The notes under the pieces are model-generated. The model was not told the DNA's origin. It made no database searches and worked only from the letters and a program-made list of their open reading frames with translations. Below are positions 39,191 to 52,466 of a DNA stretch of 60,000 nucleotides, one piece after another; positions within the stretch are counted from its first letter, which is position 1; every line of letters starts with the position of its first letter. Both the position numbers and the translations under genes were made by a program. The DNA is from Lytechinus pictus (taxonomy: Eukaryota). The stretch spans positions 37,822,001-37,882,000 of the forward strand of contig NC_087251.1 of assembly GCF_037042905.1 (NCBI RefSeq), given 5' to 3'.

Positions 39191-39514
39191 TGATTTCCAC
39201 CATAAGATATGGATTGGATTGAATTAACGTTCAAAAGCAGGACATGACTGATACATGAAGCAGCTTCTCACTTGAGATACCACAAATTCAGAATTTCAAA
39301 AATTCATAACTCAATCTCTTTAATATCTATTGATGGATTTTTTTTTCAAACCTTCACAAAACTTGTTCTCTCTAATTTGCATTTATTAAAACCACCCCAC
39401 GTTTCCATGTGAACTTCCCCTTTGAAACATAGTGGTAAATGATAGAATTCACCTCAAAACAATGATTATTATCTCCATCCATTCACAATAATGCTTCTGT
39501 CAGGGTTAAATACA

Positions 39515-39880
39515 GTACCGAAGTGATGACGTCACAAAAAACTATTTTTGCATTTCAGCGGGGTTATTTTTACCATACCTCGGCAGGGCATGATGAATAA
39601 CACCCACTACCAAAATTTGATGGGAATCGGTTCATGGGGGTCTTAGATATGACCTCAAGAATACATACATGTAATGGTTCCTAACATTTAGAACCATGCC
39701 AATAATACATTGCTTTCAATGGGGCTAATTATGTATTCATGAGGTCATATCTCAGGCCCCCATGGACAGATTCCCACCATATTTTGGTTGTGGAGGTATT
39801 CCATCATGCTCTACCAAACTATGGTATAAAAAATGCTGACATGTAAAAGGGAAAATTGATGATGTCACACTTCTGTACTC
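39515..39880. mobile_element. Palindromic MITE, relative of 15090-16505 without the insertion
   Basis: agtaccgaagtg ... cacttctgtact termini. Confidence 0.8.
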
Positions 39881-40057
39881 TATTGCTGTAGATATAAAAA
39901 AATACAAATATGAGTCATCTATTACCTAGCTTGATTTTGTTTAATTTAGCAATGACCATTTTTAGAAGACTTTATCTGTTGTATGTTACATGTACATATA
40001 AACTAGATACCCATAAAAGTAACATGTCCCTAATGAGTATAATGACATTGTGCATAC

Positions 40058-40122
40058 CTCAAACCTTCGTCTAAGGGTGTTGATGAGTGCTATAGTAGAC
40101 CGGAGATTCCCATCTGTTATTT
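40058..40122 (-). CDS. Exon 4, CH domain C-part (EITDGNLRSTIALINTLRRRFE)
   Basis: ttttgcag acceptor, GAG|GTATGC donor, phase 1-0; E-I-x-D-G-N-L motif. Confidence 0.93.
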
Positions 40123-40612
40123 CTGCAAAACAAGGTCAAGAAGGCATCATTATCATACTTTAAACAGATGCCACAAGCTATGCACTGTATACATTCAAAC
40201 AGTAGAAATAGATTCAATAAGATTATAAGCCAAAAGTACAATTTGTATCTGATCAAAATTACTTGAAGATTTTACCCCCACAAAGATTATCAAAAACAGC
40301 ACATATAAACTTGCTGATCTATTTCCAGAATGAAATCTATAGAGCTGTGATTTCTAATGACTTTACTTTAATTTTTCAGAGGCTAATTAATTTATCATCA
40401 TACTGGTCATTAACTATCAAATAGAGAGCACTTGAAAACACAAATAATGTAAAGCAAACCTTCCTCTTTATCAAGGTAGGAAACAAGTATCAAATACAAT
40501 AAACACCCCAGACCTCAAAAGATTATTTTCCAACACCAGTGGCATTACAAAATACATTCAATGAAAAAAAAATATCCATAATAAAACTTAAAAGCTGATA
40601 GTTTATACATAC

Positions 40613-40738
40613 CTTCAGCATTGACCCCTCTGGTATCAAACCCCTTGGTTTGTAAGAATCGTAAACATAGATGAATGTTTTCAATCCTTTGGGCTCTGAT
40701 GATTGGACGGGTCTGGATTCCTTGAATCTTCTCATTGA
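40613..40738 (-). CDS. Exon 3, CH domain middle (FNEKIQGIQTRPIIRAQRIENIHLCLRFLQTKGFDTRGVNAE)
   Basis: cttttctag acceptor, G|GTATGT donor, phase 1-1; IENI-x-x-CL-x-FL CH motif. Confidence 0.93.
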
Positions 40739-43700
40739 CTAGAAAAGATAATGAAAGATCAAACAGAGATAGATATATATTAATGGTAGTTATTATAATA
40801 GAATTAAAATTAGCAATCAAAGGCTGAATTGCATTGAATTTGTAAAGACTAAAATTTCAATATTATTCTCTCTTATGGTTATTTCATTTATTTCCCTTTC
40901 CATAGGTGTAGGATTATTTTCCTTAAAATGTTGGTATACAACTTGTACATGCAAATAATAGCAAAACATGTAAACAATATACATGATATGGGGGATCAAA
41001 AGGAGAATGGCATTCAAATGAAGTTGGGATTTCAGAAAGAAGAATAGGCAGAGATGAAAATGAAAAAGGGAATCTAGTTATAATAATAAAAAAAATAATA
41101 TCAAACAAATATGTAGTTGAGTAATATTGAGTGAAATGATATTTTGGAAATTGTAGATTATATAACAAACCTAATAAAAAAGTTCATTAGACTGTTTTGC
41201 AATTAAAAAAAAATCATATTAAAAGCATGAACTGTATGAGGCAAACAGGAATATTTACAAATAAGATGTTTCGCTATAAAGAATTTGAATATTTCCTTGC
41301 AACTTATCATTTGTTTATGTAATGTTATTAACGTTTCTGTGAAAATACTGAACAGAAATAGATGGGGTCATTATCCTGTCTCCACGTATAAAGAGGGACT
41401 TAGGGTTGGAGACGCGGTAAAGATGAATTTATATTACCATCAGAAGTATTCAATTAACAGAACAAAAATCCATTGAGTAACATGATACAATGTAGGGTCT
41501 CTGAATGGGTTATTTTGCCAGCAATGCTTGGGTAAAATCACTCTATCAATTAGTCAAATAACTTCTTATCTGAATGACAAACGTAGATGTCTGCACAATT
41601 CCCAAGATAATGGAAGTATATTTGTCATGACTAAGACCAACAGTAAACATTACCGAAACATGATGAACACACTGAATGTTCTATACACCGGCAAAAGCAA
41701 ATACTGATATTAAACCTGCAAAAGGTTGCTACTGTTGAATAACATTATTCCCATTTCAAACAATTGCTTCAGTTGGATTCAATGCAAGCAATACTAACAA
41801 TACACCAACATTTCCTGTTACGGTTGGCCTGCTACTTGAATTACCAGTTATATTTTCAAATTAACTTTGTAAACATCGTGAATATTTTCTACAATTGTGT
41901 CTGATATTTGTTTACATACACTCCAAAGAGTAGATGTTTACAATTACAATCTTTCTTCTTTTTTTCTTTTGGTGGAAATACAAATTATGCACTTTGGCAA
42001 GCTAAAAAAAGGTCAATTATGCACTTTGAACTGCTAAGAAAAGGTAAAGGAATTATAGCTTCTTGTTAATTGCTTTCTGTCAAGAAGAACTACCGGGAGT
42101 CAGCCATTGAGCCCAAATCAGTATGCATATCATGCACTGAATGGTGATTCCGGATAACAACTTGAGGACTGAGCCAGATTTACTTTTCAAGTCAAACGAA
42201 TTCCCCGACCACAAAGGGTATTAAAGGAAGCCACGCTTCTCAAGGGTTTCAAGCTACTTCATGTAGTATCTATTACATTCTGGAGAGAGAAAATATTCAT
42301 GAAGCTAAAATTTGAATGTTGCTGGAATAAACAGATGCAATATAGTATGTTACTTCGTGACTACAACCTCCTATGAAGGCATTACTGAATTGCAAACTTG
42401 AATTCAATTTAATTTAATCATTTCATTAGTTGGTATGACATCATAATGATAAAAAAATTTATGAATTATGTATTACTTTATCAAGAAATTTTAATGCAGC
42501 CTGTTCAATTTGTTATTCATTCTTTTTTTTTTCAAAACCACGTTATCCTGACACATTGTCCATATGGCTGGATAGATTGAAATTGTAAGGGTGGGCAAGC
42601 CTTTTAAATGTTGGGAAAGTTTAAAAACACAACAAAAGATTTACAAGAGAACTCTACCAGATTCCAACAAGGATAGAGCTTTATCCATGGGACAGAGTCA
42701 ACAGAGAACCAGATTGCTTCATTGGTTTTCAATACCAGGTTTTGGAGATGATTCCAGCGTGACAGAAACGATTACGACTATTGAGGTCCTGATCGCCTTT
42801 GACGCCTAACAGTAGGATATCCATAGATATTTCAGAACCAGAAAGACTTAACTTTGTGTTTTATTAGATAAGTTGATGCTTTCTTGCTTCGAAAGTGCAA
42901 TAAATCTCCAAAGCAGTGATTGTTGGCAACAAAGTCCTAATGGAAATTCTTATTATTTATAGCAAAAAGGTTTTCTCAGTATTCACGCTATGCAATTTGA
43001 ATTCATGTACAGTAATTTAGTAGTTATATTGGAAAACTCAAGAAGCCCCAAGCACAAATGTTACTATAATTAGATACCCAAATAAATTCATTACTGAAGT
43101 CAAAAGTGACACACACAATATTTGATACAGGTACATATAATGCATCAAACAGTGGCATGAATATTACCAAATCAGAAATATTGCTGTTGTTTTTTAAAAT
43201 CTAATATCCCTTGAAAATATTGCTGCTGAAAGGTATGAAAAGATACTTGTATAAATTGTTTTGTCAAATGTTGCACTCATATAAAAGCATGCATTTGAAT
43301 GTGGCAATGAATAGATAAACATACTCTTGACTTGAGTGATTTATTCCATGTGCCAAGTTTTGAATGAGATTAATTCATGTGTACATCATACGATTGTAAA
43401 TACAGTTACAGTAATCATAACAAATGACAAAAAATATCAAACAGTGTCACAAGTCATGACTGGGAGGGATTATAGCTGCATGCACCATTTTCTTTGAGAA
43501 AACAATTCAGGAATACGATGAGAGCAATTACACCAGTCTTTGGGGGGTATGAAATAAATCAATCCCTGCATCTTTCAAAGGTGCATGATGCTTTTGATGA
43601 TTTTGAATCAAGCAGAGTTGTTCACATTGCATGGTTGGGTAGCGCTACACGTCACAAGTGGGTGATCTTTCAAGGATACGATAGGGTGATCTTTCAAGGA

Positions 43701-43859
43701 TACGATTGGACTCTGAAGGTACTGGATGGCTGATAATTGTCTTTGAGTGTTCACCTTTTGTGTTAAATCCATGCACTACTGGTGGGAGGTTTTTTTTTGT
43801 AGCCATTGTCAATTTGGACACACTCTTGAAAGCTTTGCAGACCTGTATATTACAGACCC

Positions 43860-46040
43860 CCTGCAGATTCCACAGACTATTATATACAAGCTGGTCATGC
43901 TATAACTACAGATTAAGGTTGAAAACAATTCTAAGAATATTATCATTTTAAATATTTATGGAATGGTATCTTTTTCAGAAGTGTTAAAAATATCCTTTTT
44001 TTCATGGTATCAATATATGCCTGACTGTGTGGGGTAACTCTTATAGCGCATTTCTTATTTGGCCACTAAAATTTAGGATATTTATCAAAACTTTGATAGG
44101 TCGATATGGACCCCCTAAAACATGCTGACTGGACTATAACTACAGATTAATATTAAAACAAGTGGAACGCCTCTGGCAGTCTCGCCTGCATTACGCGATT
44201 TAATATAGCAGCAGTGCTAACTTTGTAAACTACTATAAAATAATCATTCACAAAAACACCATTCATATAATGACATAATACCACGTTCATTGACCATAAA
44301 TGACATTTGAACGGTGACTTAAGATTTGTCAACTACACCCATGTCCACATTTCATTCACTCTATCTATAAACTTTCAAAGTTATGATGGCAATTCAACAA
44401 TTACCCCAACATTGCCTAAGTTTATTGACCTTGACTGACCTTTGACCTTGGTTTTGTGACCTGAAACTCACAGGGGATGTTCAGTGATACTTGATTACTC
44501 TTATATCCCAAGTTTTATGAACTAGATCCATAAACTTTCAGTTACGATGGTAATTCAACAAATACCCCCAACACGGCCAAAGTTCATTGACCTTTAATGA
44601 CCTTTGACCATGGTCATGTGACCTGAAACTCTTACAGGATGTTCAGTGATACTTGATTACTCTTTTGTCCAAGTTTTATGAACTAGATCCGTAAACTTTC
44701 AGAGTTAGGATGGTAATTTAACAAATACCCCCAACACGGCCAAAGTTCATTGACCTTAAATGACCATTGACCATGGTCATGTGACCTGAAACTCGCACAG
44801 GATATTCAGTGGTACTTAATTAACCTAATGTCCAAGTTTCATGAACTAGATCCATAAATTTTCAAAGTTATGATGGTAATTCAACAAATACCCCCAACTT
44901 GACCAAAGTTCATTGACCCTAAATGACCTTTGACCTTGGTCACGTGACCTGAAACTCAAGCAGGATGTTCACTTTTACTTGATTAACATTATGCCCAAGT
45001 TTCATGAACTAGGTCCATATACTTTCTAAGTTATGATGTCATTTCAAAAACTTAACCTTCGGTTAAGATTTTGAAAATAATTCTCCCAACATGGTCAGTT
45101 CATTGACCCTAAATGACCTTTGACCTTGGTAATGTGACCTGAAACTCAGGCAGGATGTTCAGTAATACTTGATTAACCTTATGTCCAAGTTTCATGAACT
45201 AGGTCCATAGACTTTATAAGTTATGATGTCATTTAAAAAACTTAACCTTAGGTTAAGATTTGATGTTGACGCCGCCGCCGCCGTCGGAAAAGCGGCGCCT
45301 ATAGTCTCGCTCTGCTATGCAGGCGAGACAAAAATGATTATAAGAATGTTGCTATTTTTGGCACCTTTTTCAAAAGCATTGAAATACTTACTTTGCCCGG
45401 TATCCATATGTACACTTAATTGGATTGGGTACTAAATAGCGCACTTCTTCTTTAATAAGACATTGTAAATTAGGTCACCAAAACTTTAATAGGTCAATTC
45501 AGACCCCCTTAAGCTCTGAATACAAGCTGGTCAGATTATAACTACAGATTAATATTCAAAAAATAAAAATATTGTTGTTTTGATACCTTTTTCATATGTG
45601 TTGAAATATTTACTTTGCCCAAAATCCAATTAGGTCATCAAAACTTTAATAGGTCTATAGACATTTTGGCCCACTACAGCTCTGAATACAAGCGGGACAG
45701 AATATAACTACAATTAATCTTGAAAAATATTTCTAAGAATATAACTTTTATAGCATTGTACCTTTTTTAATAGGCATTGAAAATACTAGTTTGCACAGCA
45801 ACCAAGAATGAGTGGGGCAACTCTTAAAGCACACTTCTTCTTTAGCCATTGAAAGTTGGGACATATATACACTTCAAAGATTTTGAATAGGTAAAATACA
45901 TATCCCCTCAGCTTTTACGGACTATTATACAAAACACTAACACTATCAATTCAGAAAGAAAAAAAAAAAGAATACTGTTACTTTTAGATATGGCATGGTC
46001 TTGAAAATAACACTGCACGGTGTCTATATTTTTAACTGAG
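43860..46040 (+). repeat. Old ~235-bp degenerate tandem repeat interrupted by a Helentron-like element
   Basis: tataactacagattaa recurs at ~43901, ~44134, ~45537 and ~45703 with homologous downstream sequence. Confidence 0.75.
44158..45329 (-). mobile_element. Non-autonomous Helentron (HINE/DINE-1-like) with an internal ~162-bp tandem array
   Basis: SubTIRs GTCTCGCCTGCAT/ATGCAGGCGAGAC, partial IR, (GCC)n, insertion in a T/A run without TSD; about 5 units rich in tgacctttgacc. Confidence 0.82.
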
Positions 46041-46786
46041 TAGGCTATAAACTCTTATCGAACAGCAAACAAGAAAATATCCTGTTCCAAACAATGTGAC
46101 AAACATTGTGCACTTCTTCTGAAGATAGCAATGGTTCCCCAATTACAACCTATCAGATGAGCATGTAAAATTGAACTATACCACCAAGGACCAAATTATA
46201 AGGAACAGGCACATGGTGTAGTGGTTCAAGCTATGACAGTCAGAATCATTCTGTAGTTTTTGGTGAATATAATCCAATTCCAGTAACCCCACCCTCCCGA
46301 AAACAACAACAATTTTTTTTTAAAGAGATCAAGAAAATTTAAACTCTTTGCTTCTTTTCTATCTACATGTATAGTTATAACTTCTAATTTCATAATCTCA
46401 ATTTGTATTGTAACTACATAATTTAATTTCATACTTCTTGAAAATATGTCACCTGTGGGGAACAAGATGTGAATCTTTTTTTGGACATGGATATAATAGA
46501 TGAATCCTTGTTTTTATTCAAATAGCCTATTAATGTTTGCCAAGTTTGCCACATATATGTGTATCACCAATCCAGAAAACTTGATAATACCCACTTCATT
46601 TCCATCACCTTACCATAAATTCAACAGTTCCCATGATAAATTACTTGTGGTTGCATTATAAATCATAGATCCTTTCATTATTTCAACTCTAGACATGCCA
46701 GAGTAAGCTAGCCATTACTGATATGCTTCCGGCACTTACATTTAGAGATAATCCTTTCTTTCCACCTTGCCCTACCCCCCATTGAA

Positions 46787-47670
46787 TACTGAATAATTTG
46801 ATCTTTGACATCACAACCAATGCAAACTGTATATATAGAACCAATGATGAATTAAAGATATGATTTTATTGGTAGGGACTTGGATGATCATACACAAAGT
46901 ATAAAGCTGGTAAAAGTTTTAACAAGCTCAAACTTAAAGGGATGGTCCGGGCTGAAAATATTTATATCTTGATACATAGAGTAGAATTCACTGAGCAAAA
47001 TGCCAAAAATTTCATCAAAATCGGATAACAAATAATAAAGTTATTGAAGTTTAAAGTTTAGCAATATTTTGTGAAAACATTCGTCATGAATATTCATTAG
47101 GTGGTCTGATGATGTCACATCTCCACTTTCCGTTTTCTTATGTTATTACATAAAATCATAATTTTTTCATTATTTCATACTTGTGTGAATAATATGTCTC
47201 CCTTATAATGAAATAAGTTGCAGCGATAAATATCTAATGCACTAAATCAGTTGTCGATCCAATTTTTCTAGTTCTTGGAGGAAAAAATTTGAATAAACCT
47301 AATTTGATGTAATAAAATACAAATGAACAAGTGGAGATGTGACATCATCAGCCCACCTAATGAATATTCATGACAACTGTTTTCACAAAATATTGCTAAA
47401 CTTTAAAATTCAATAACTTTGTTATTTGTTATCCAATTTTGATGAAATTTTCGGCATTTTGCTCTGTGAATGCTACTCTATTTATCAAGCTATACATACT
47501 TTTAGCCCGGACCATCCCTTTAAGTTTGAGCTTGTTAAAACTTTTACCAGCTTTATACTTTGTGTATGATCATCCAAGTCCCTACCAATAAAATCATATC
47601 TTTAATTCATCATTGGTTCTATATATACAGTTTGCATTGGTTGTGATGTCAAAGATCAAATTATTCAGTA
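46787..47670. repeat. Perfect 167-bp inverted repeat enclosing the MITE
   Basis: 46787-46953 is the exact reverse complement of 47504-47670 (compared base by base). Confidence 0.95.
46938..47519. mobile_element. TTAA-target palindromic MITE
   Basis: ttaa-AGGGATGGTCCGGGCT ... AGCCCGGACCATCCCT-ttaa; arms visibly diverged internally. Confidence 0.9.
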
Positions 47671-48699
47671 CTGTACAGTCACCAATGAATATTATCAGTA
47701 TCAAATGAAGGATTATTATAATTTTGTAAGATTATAGTCATACAATGTCTTGTCCACCTGACCTTGGTTTGGTTATTATCCAAGCTATTGATTTAAAGAC
47801 ATTAGTCACTTTATCTTAAAAATTTGTGATAGGCGACAGACAGACAGAAAGATGTCCAGCTTATTCCTCCTCCCCTTCATCTCTAGTTGGCAAAAAAAAA
47901 AGATTATAAGGATCTGAATTGCTACCTGTTTTAGCCAAAAAATATCAATTTTCAATTGATATTCCAGTGACTGAACTCAAATGCTCAGAACAATCCAACT
48001 GATACCTTCTGGTTCAAAGTAAAGCCAAGAAAAAGATGTTTTAATTTGATATCAATTATGTCAGGTCACCTATTTCTCATTGTAACCTATTTCAATATAC
48101 TCCAGACCAGACTGCTGCCCTGACAAATGAATTGTGAATTTTCTTTGTATTGAAGTTCAATATCGCAGGTGCATGAAATGCATGTGACTCAATAGGCAGG
48201 GGTATCTGATTATATGGTTCAAGCAGTGCACAACCTCACATCAATACACATGTATGAAAATGTACCACTGTTAGATATGAATATGTACAGCACATGTATG
48301 TAGATGGAATAATTTCCAAACCAAAAACCTGATCTGTGTATAAAGTGCAAACTAATTTTGTTATTCATGATTAGACTACACTGAATAACTTTCTCTTTCT
48401 TCTTAAAAACATATATGATAAGCCCTACCTCTACTATTTTGCGATATCCAACTGCTGAACAAGAGACATACACAAATCAACAAAGAAGCAATTCTACCAG
48501 TATGCATATGTACACAAAGGAGAGCCATATCATTTAAATAAAAAAAGTTATCATTCCGATGACATTAAAATTTATGTTCATATTCATATGATACAACACA
48601 TGTTCATGCAGTAGTCATACAGATCTGCAAGTGTTATGAATAATCTAAATTGATATTTAAATACAACCAACTTGAGTAGTATATGTTCAGGCCCTAATA

Positions 48700-49310
48700 G
48701 TTGAACAAACCTGCAATCCTGAATGTCTTCCAGTTTTACCTAAGTAACCAGACTTCACCCAAATAACTCAAAATCACTCACCATTACCTACAAAACCATG
48801 GTAACCAACAGCTCACATTCCAACTCATAAGAAAGGATAGAGTAACCCAATTCCATTTCTTATGTTCCTACAGAAACAAACTTGCTGAGAAATTGAAGTA
48901 ATACGATTTGGTGGAGCGCCATGACAACCTAAATTGTTCCAGATATGAAGGAGGGCCTTCTACAGACTCGTACATGTAGCCATGGGCATGTTTTCTAGTT
49001 GGAAGTTTCTTGTCGCCCAGCTTGTTATACCCTGCAGGGATCCAATGTAGTCTTTTAACAAAGTTATCACACTTACAGCACAAAGAAAGTATTTCTTTCA
49101 AAATGATCTGTATGTGGATGGACATAGGCCGACATGCACATATCAGTGACATTACAATTCTCTGTAGAAATATGAAAATAGACTGCTTCAATTCTTTCAA
49201 AACTCTACCACATCTTCGGAAGAAACATGAAACTGTCCTAGTTTTAAGAAACATTACCAAACTTGACATATTCAAAAGGTATCTGAAAACAATAATACAT
49301 TAATTTGTAA
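48700..49310 (+). mobile_element. Highly decayed L2/CR1 LINE 3' region
   Basis: Translation ends LRNITKLDIFKRYLKT, resembling the ORF2 C-terminal IR....L..FK..LKT motif. Confidence 0.45.
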
Positions 49311-51132
49311 ACAGCACACTGTATCATCTACATACAGGAGCTATATGAATCAATTTATCATCATAAATATTAGGATTTGGTTATTGATTTTATGTATCAT
49401 TTAAAACCTGCCTTTTCTCAAATTTTGCACACACCAGGAACATGAATCCATGTCTTGGAAACTATACCATTTTCAATCATGAATTAAGGCTGTGTTGAAG
49501 ACTACTAGTATGCAGAAACATAATATTTCGTAGCGCATTCCATGGATTTGATATTCAATACCTGATGACCTCTGACCCTGAAGCTTGGATGATGGTAAAG
49601 GGGTAAACAGAATCACAATGCTCATCAATCATAATAAATGTAGATTACAGGGTGATATCGATTTCTTCATTTTCTCCATCTTCATCTTGCTAACAGACGG
49701 TAATTTATACAAGATCAAATTGTACATTTAGAAATCCCATGGGAGAAAATCAACTTGACGAAATTTGGGCCCAATTTGAATGTCATGACTTCAACTATCA
49801 TATTTCGATCATTTCATGCTACTATATAGGGATATGCCTAGAAAATGATCTAAACGTCTGCCGGCAAGTTATGACATATCTGCCCAATCTCATTTTCTTG
49901 TTTCCAAGATGTTTTTGTAGAGTACCATTAATTTAGCAAATAAGATTGTTGATGCCAAAGATAAGTGGGGATGAACAAAAAAATATCATCAATTATCAGC
50001 AATCTGAAAAGAGAGATTTGTTCTCATCTTTACATCATTGGCACAAACAACCCAAGAATGCATTCTTGATTCTTTGGTCCTGATGGGCACCCGTATAACA
50101 ATCTTAACAGGATTTTTATGGTGAATTTCATGATTTTAAGTGTATATTTCTTAATTTTTTAAGCCTGGAACAAGTGTGTCTTCCGTGAAATTCTCCATAA
50201 AAATCTATGAACTGTTCCCTTTTCTGTATTGCATACAACTGGCAACTCTGTTACGCAAAAGGGCCCAGTATTGTTTGCTCAATCATCACCTAATGGTGAG
50301 CTATAAAACACTAAATGAAGCCTTTCAAATGACAAAAAAGACACTCAACTTGCTATGGATCTTGAATAAAACCCCAGCAATACCCCCCTCCCTGATCACC
50401 AACTTCTTGACAAACCCCAAGGGGGTTTATCATTTGCATCTTAAGAGCCCTCATTGGTATACTCATCATCTATTGTAATTGCAGTTTATCCCTGTCATTG
50501 TTGGTTCACAGTAAATGGGTCTTCAACAGAAAGACAAAGTAATCAATACTGGTTCCACTAGGAAATCGATAGGCCCAAGGAAGGATCAAGCCAATTTTGG
50601 TCGCAGAGTGGTGGAAGGTCGATGGCTTGTAAAGAAGACGGAGAAGACTCTAATGCCTGCTCAAGGTCTCCGAGGGATAATGTCCCTTTGTGGATAATGT
50701 ATCTACCTTTGTGGAGAGGTGTGATGGTAGCACATTTGTTTGTCTTGTTACAGTTGATTCCGAAAGACGGATCATGTCAAGTAAATTGACTTAAAATCCA
50801 AGAGTGTTACTCTCTTGATTGTTCATCCCACAAAGGTGTGCATTGGTATTCACGACTTGTTTCTTTCTAGTATTCTCTTTCCTAAATGAGGTTTCCTAGA
50901 AAAGACGTCATTGAATAGTTGGCCGAATGGCTCTCATTTTGCTTTATGGCCTTCGTTTCACATGGAAAACAAGAAAATCAATTATAATCAATTTACAATT
51001 AATCATCTGAGGGAATCAACCAACTATCTATCCTTTATTTTGTGCAAAACTACCAATTTAAAAAAATAATTTAGTTTTTTGTTTGTTTAATACTTAACAA
51101 AATATTTTTACTAATTGATTGGTTTTAATATA

Positions 51133-51530
51133 CGGTAAATTAATTGCCAATTCGTCTACTGCCAACCCGTTCACTCACCACATGGTCTACTTTCATTTAG
51201 TCTAATGCCATTCTGTCCATGAACATTTCGTCTAACAATCATTTGGTCAAATCATCACTTCATCTAATCACCATTTCATCTATGACTGTTTCGTCTCATA
51301 ACCAGTTGGTCTAATATCCATTTCATTTTCATTTGTTTGCAAAATTAACACTTAGTCCAATTAGACTAAATGGTATATGGACTATAAAGTGGCTATCAGA
51401 CCAACTGGTTATTAGACGAACTGGTGAGTGGACGAATTGGCAGTTAGACCATGTGGATAGTGGATGAACTGATGGTAGACCAAATGATAGTCGACGAGTT
51501 GGCAATTGGACAAATTGGCATGAGACGAAA
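51133..51530. mobile_element. Foldback element of short degenerate repeats
   Basis: ttcgtcta/ttggtcta repeats followed by tagacga/tagacca repeats; aattgccaa/ttggcaatt ends. Confidence 0.75.
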
Positions 51531-52286
51531 TTCAAAGGATTTAGTAATTCACCCTGTATTGCTTAAAAGTTTGTGTCATTCAAATGTTTGTAAATCAATT
51601 TGCTATATCCTCTGGAACACAAAACAAAAGTTCAGGGTCTATCATTGGATCAAGTCATGCAGTTTATCTTATAATTGCCTTTCACTACAAAAACAGCTTT
51701 TATCGATAAATGCTAAGGAGTTGAATAAGATCCTTTTATTGCATGTTGCACCTTATGAACAAATTTCTAGATTGACAAGCGAATAAAAAAAAAAAAAGCT
51801 ACATTACATTCAGCTTAGAGAAGTTGGCATGTGTGTAAGTGAATGGTACCCAAGTTTCTAAGGGAAAACCAACATAACATGTGAACATTATCGCATATTA
51901 AATTTCATTGTTGAATTCATTAATATTGTAATCTTCATCATCATCATCATTAAAGAACATCCAAAACAGGTAATTTTCATTTGAAGTTTTGTTTGAAATG
52001 GCCTTGTGACTTAAACCGGATTCATGATGTGAATGCAAATGTACGTGTATCACTATATTTTTCCTAAATCAGTTGGGTCCTACATGTCCTCTACACGACC
52101 ACATCCATGAACTTGTAACCCATTAAACGTGTTTGGTTAAGCTCACTAATGGGGGAAACCATCCACTAAGAGGGTCTAATGTAAATATGAAAAGGCAAAT
52201 TAGGGCAGATCAATGATGGGTCATTTTCTTTACTCATTTCAATGGTAATCTATTCATCTCTATCCTGCTAGGACCCTACCCCTCCC

Positions 52287-52466
52287 TAGTCTGCAGGCAC
52301 AGACCCTGATTGAAACTTTGGTCAACAAGTGTGTCTCCACGCAAAGACTAGCACAGACAAAACTTGCTGTTTCAATTCAGCTAGCGAGAGGGCCTTCAGT
52401 ACACAAGACATGAGTAGGCTGTAATTCAGACCCTTTACTCGAGTGAAGGGTTTGCATGGCAGACTA
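52287..52466. mobile_element. Small TIR element with TAGTCTG...CAGACTA ends
   Basis: tagtctgc...agaccct vs agggtttg...gcagacta. Confidence 0.55.
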
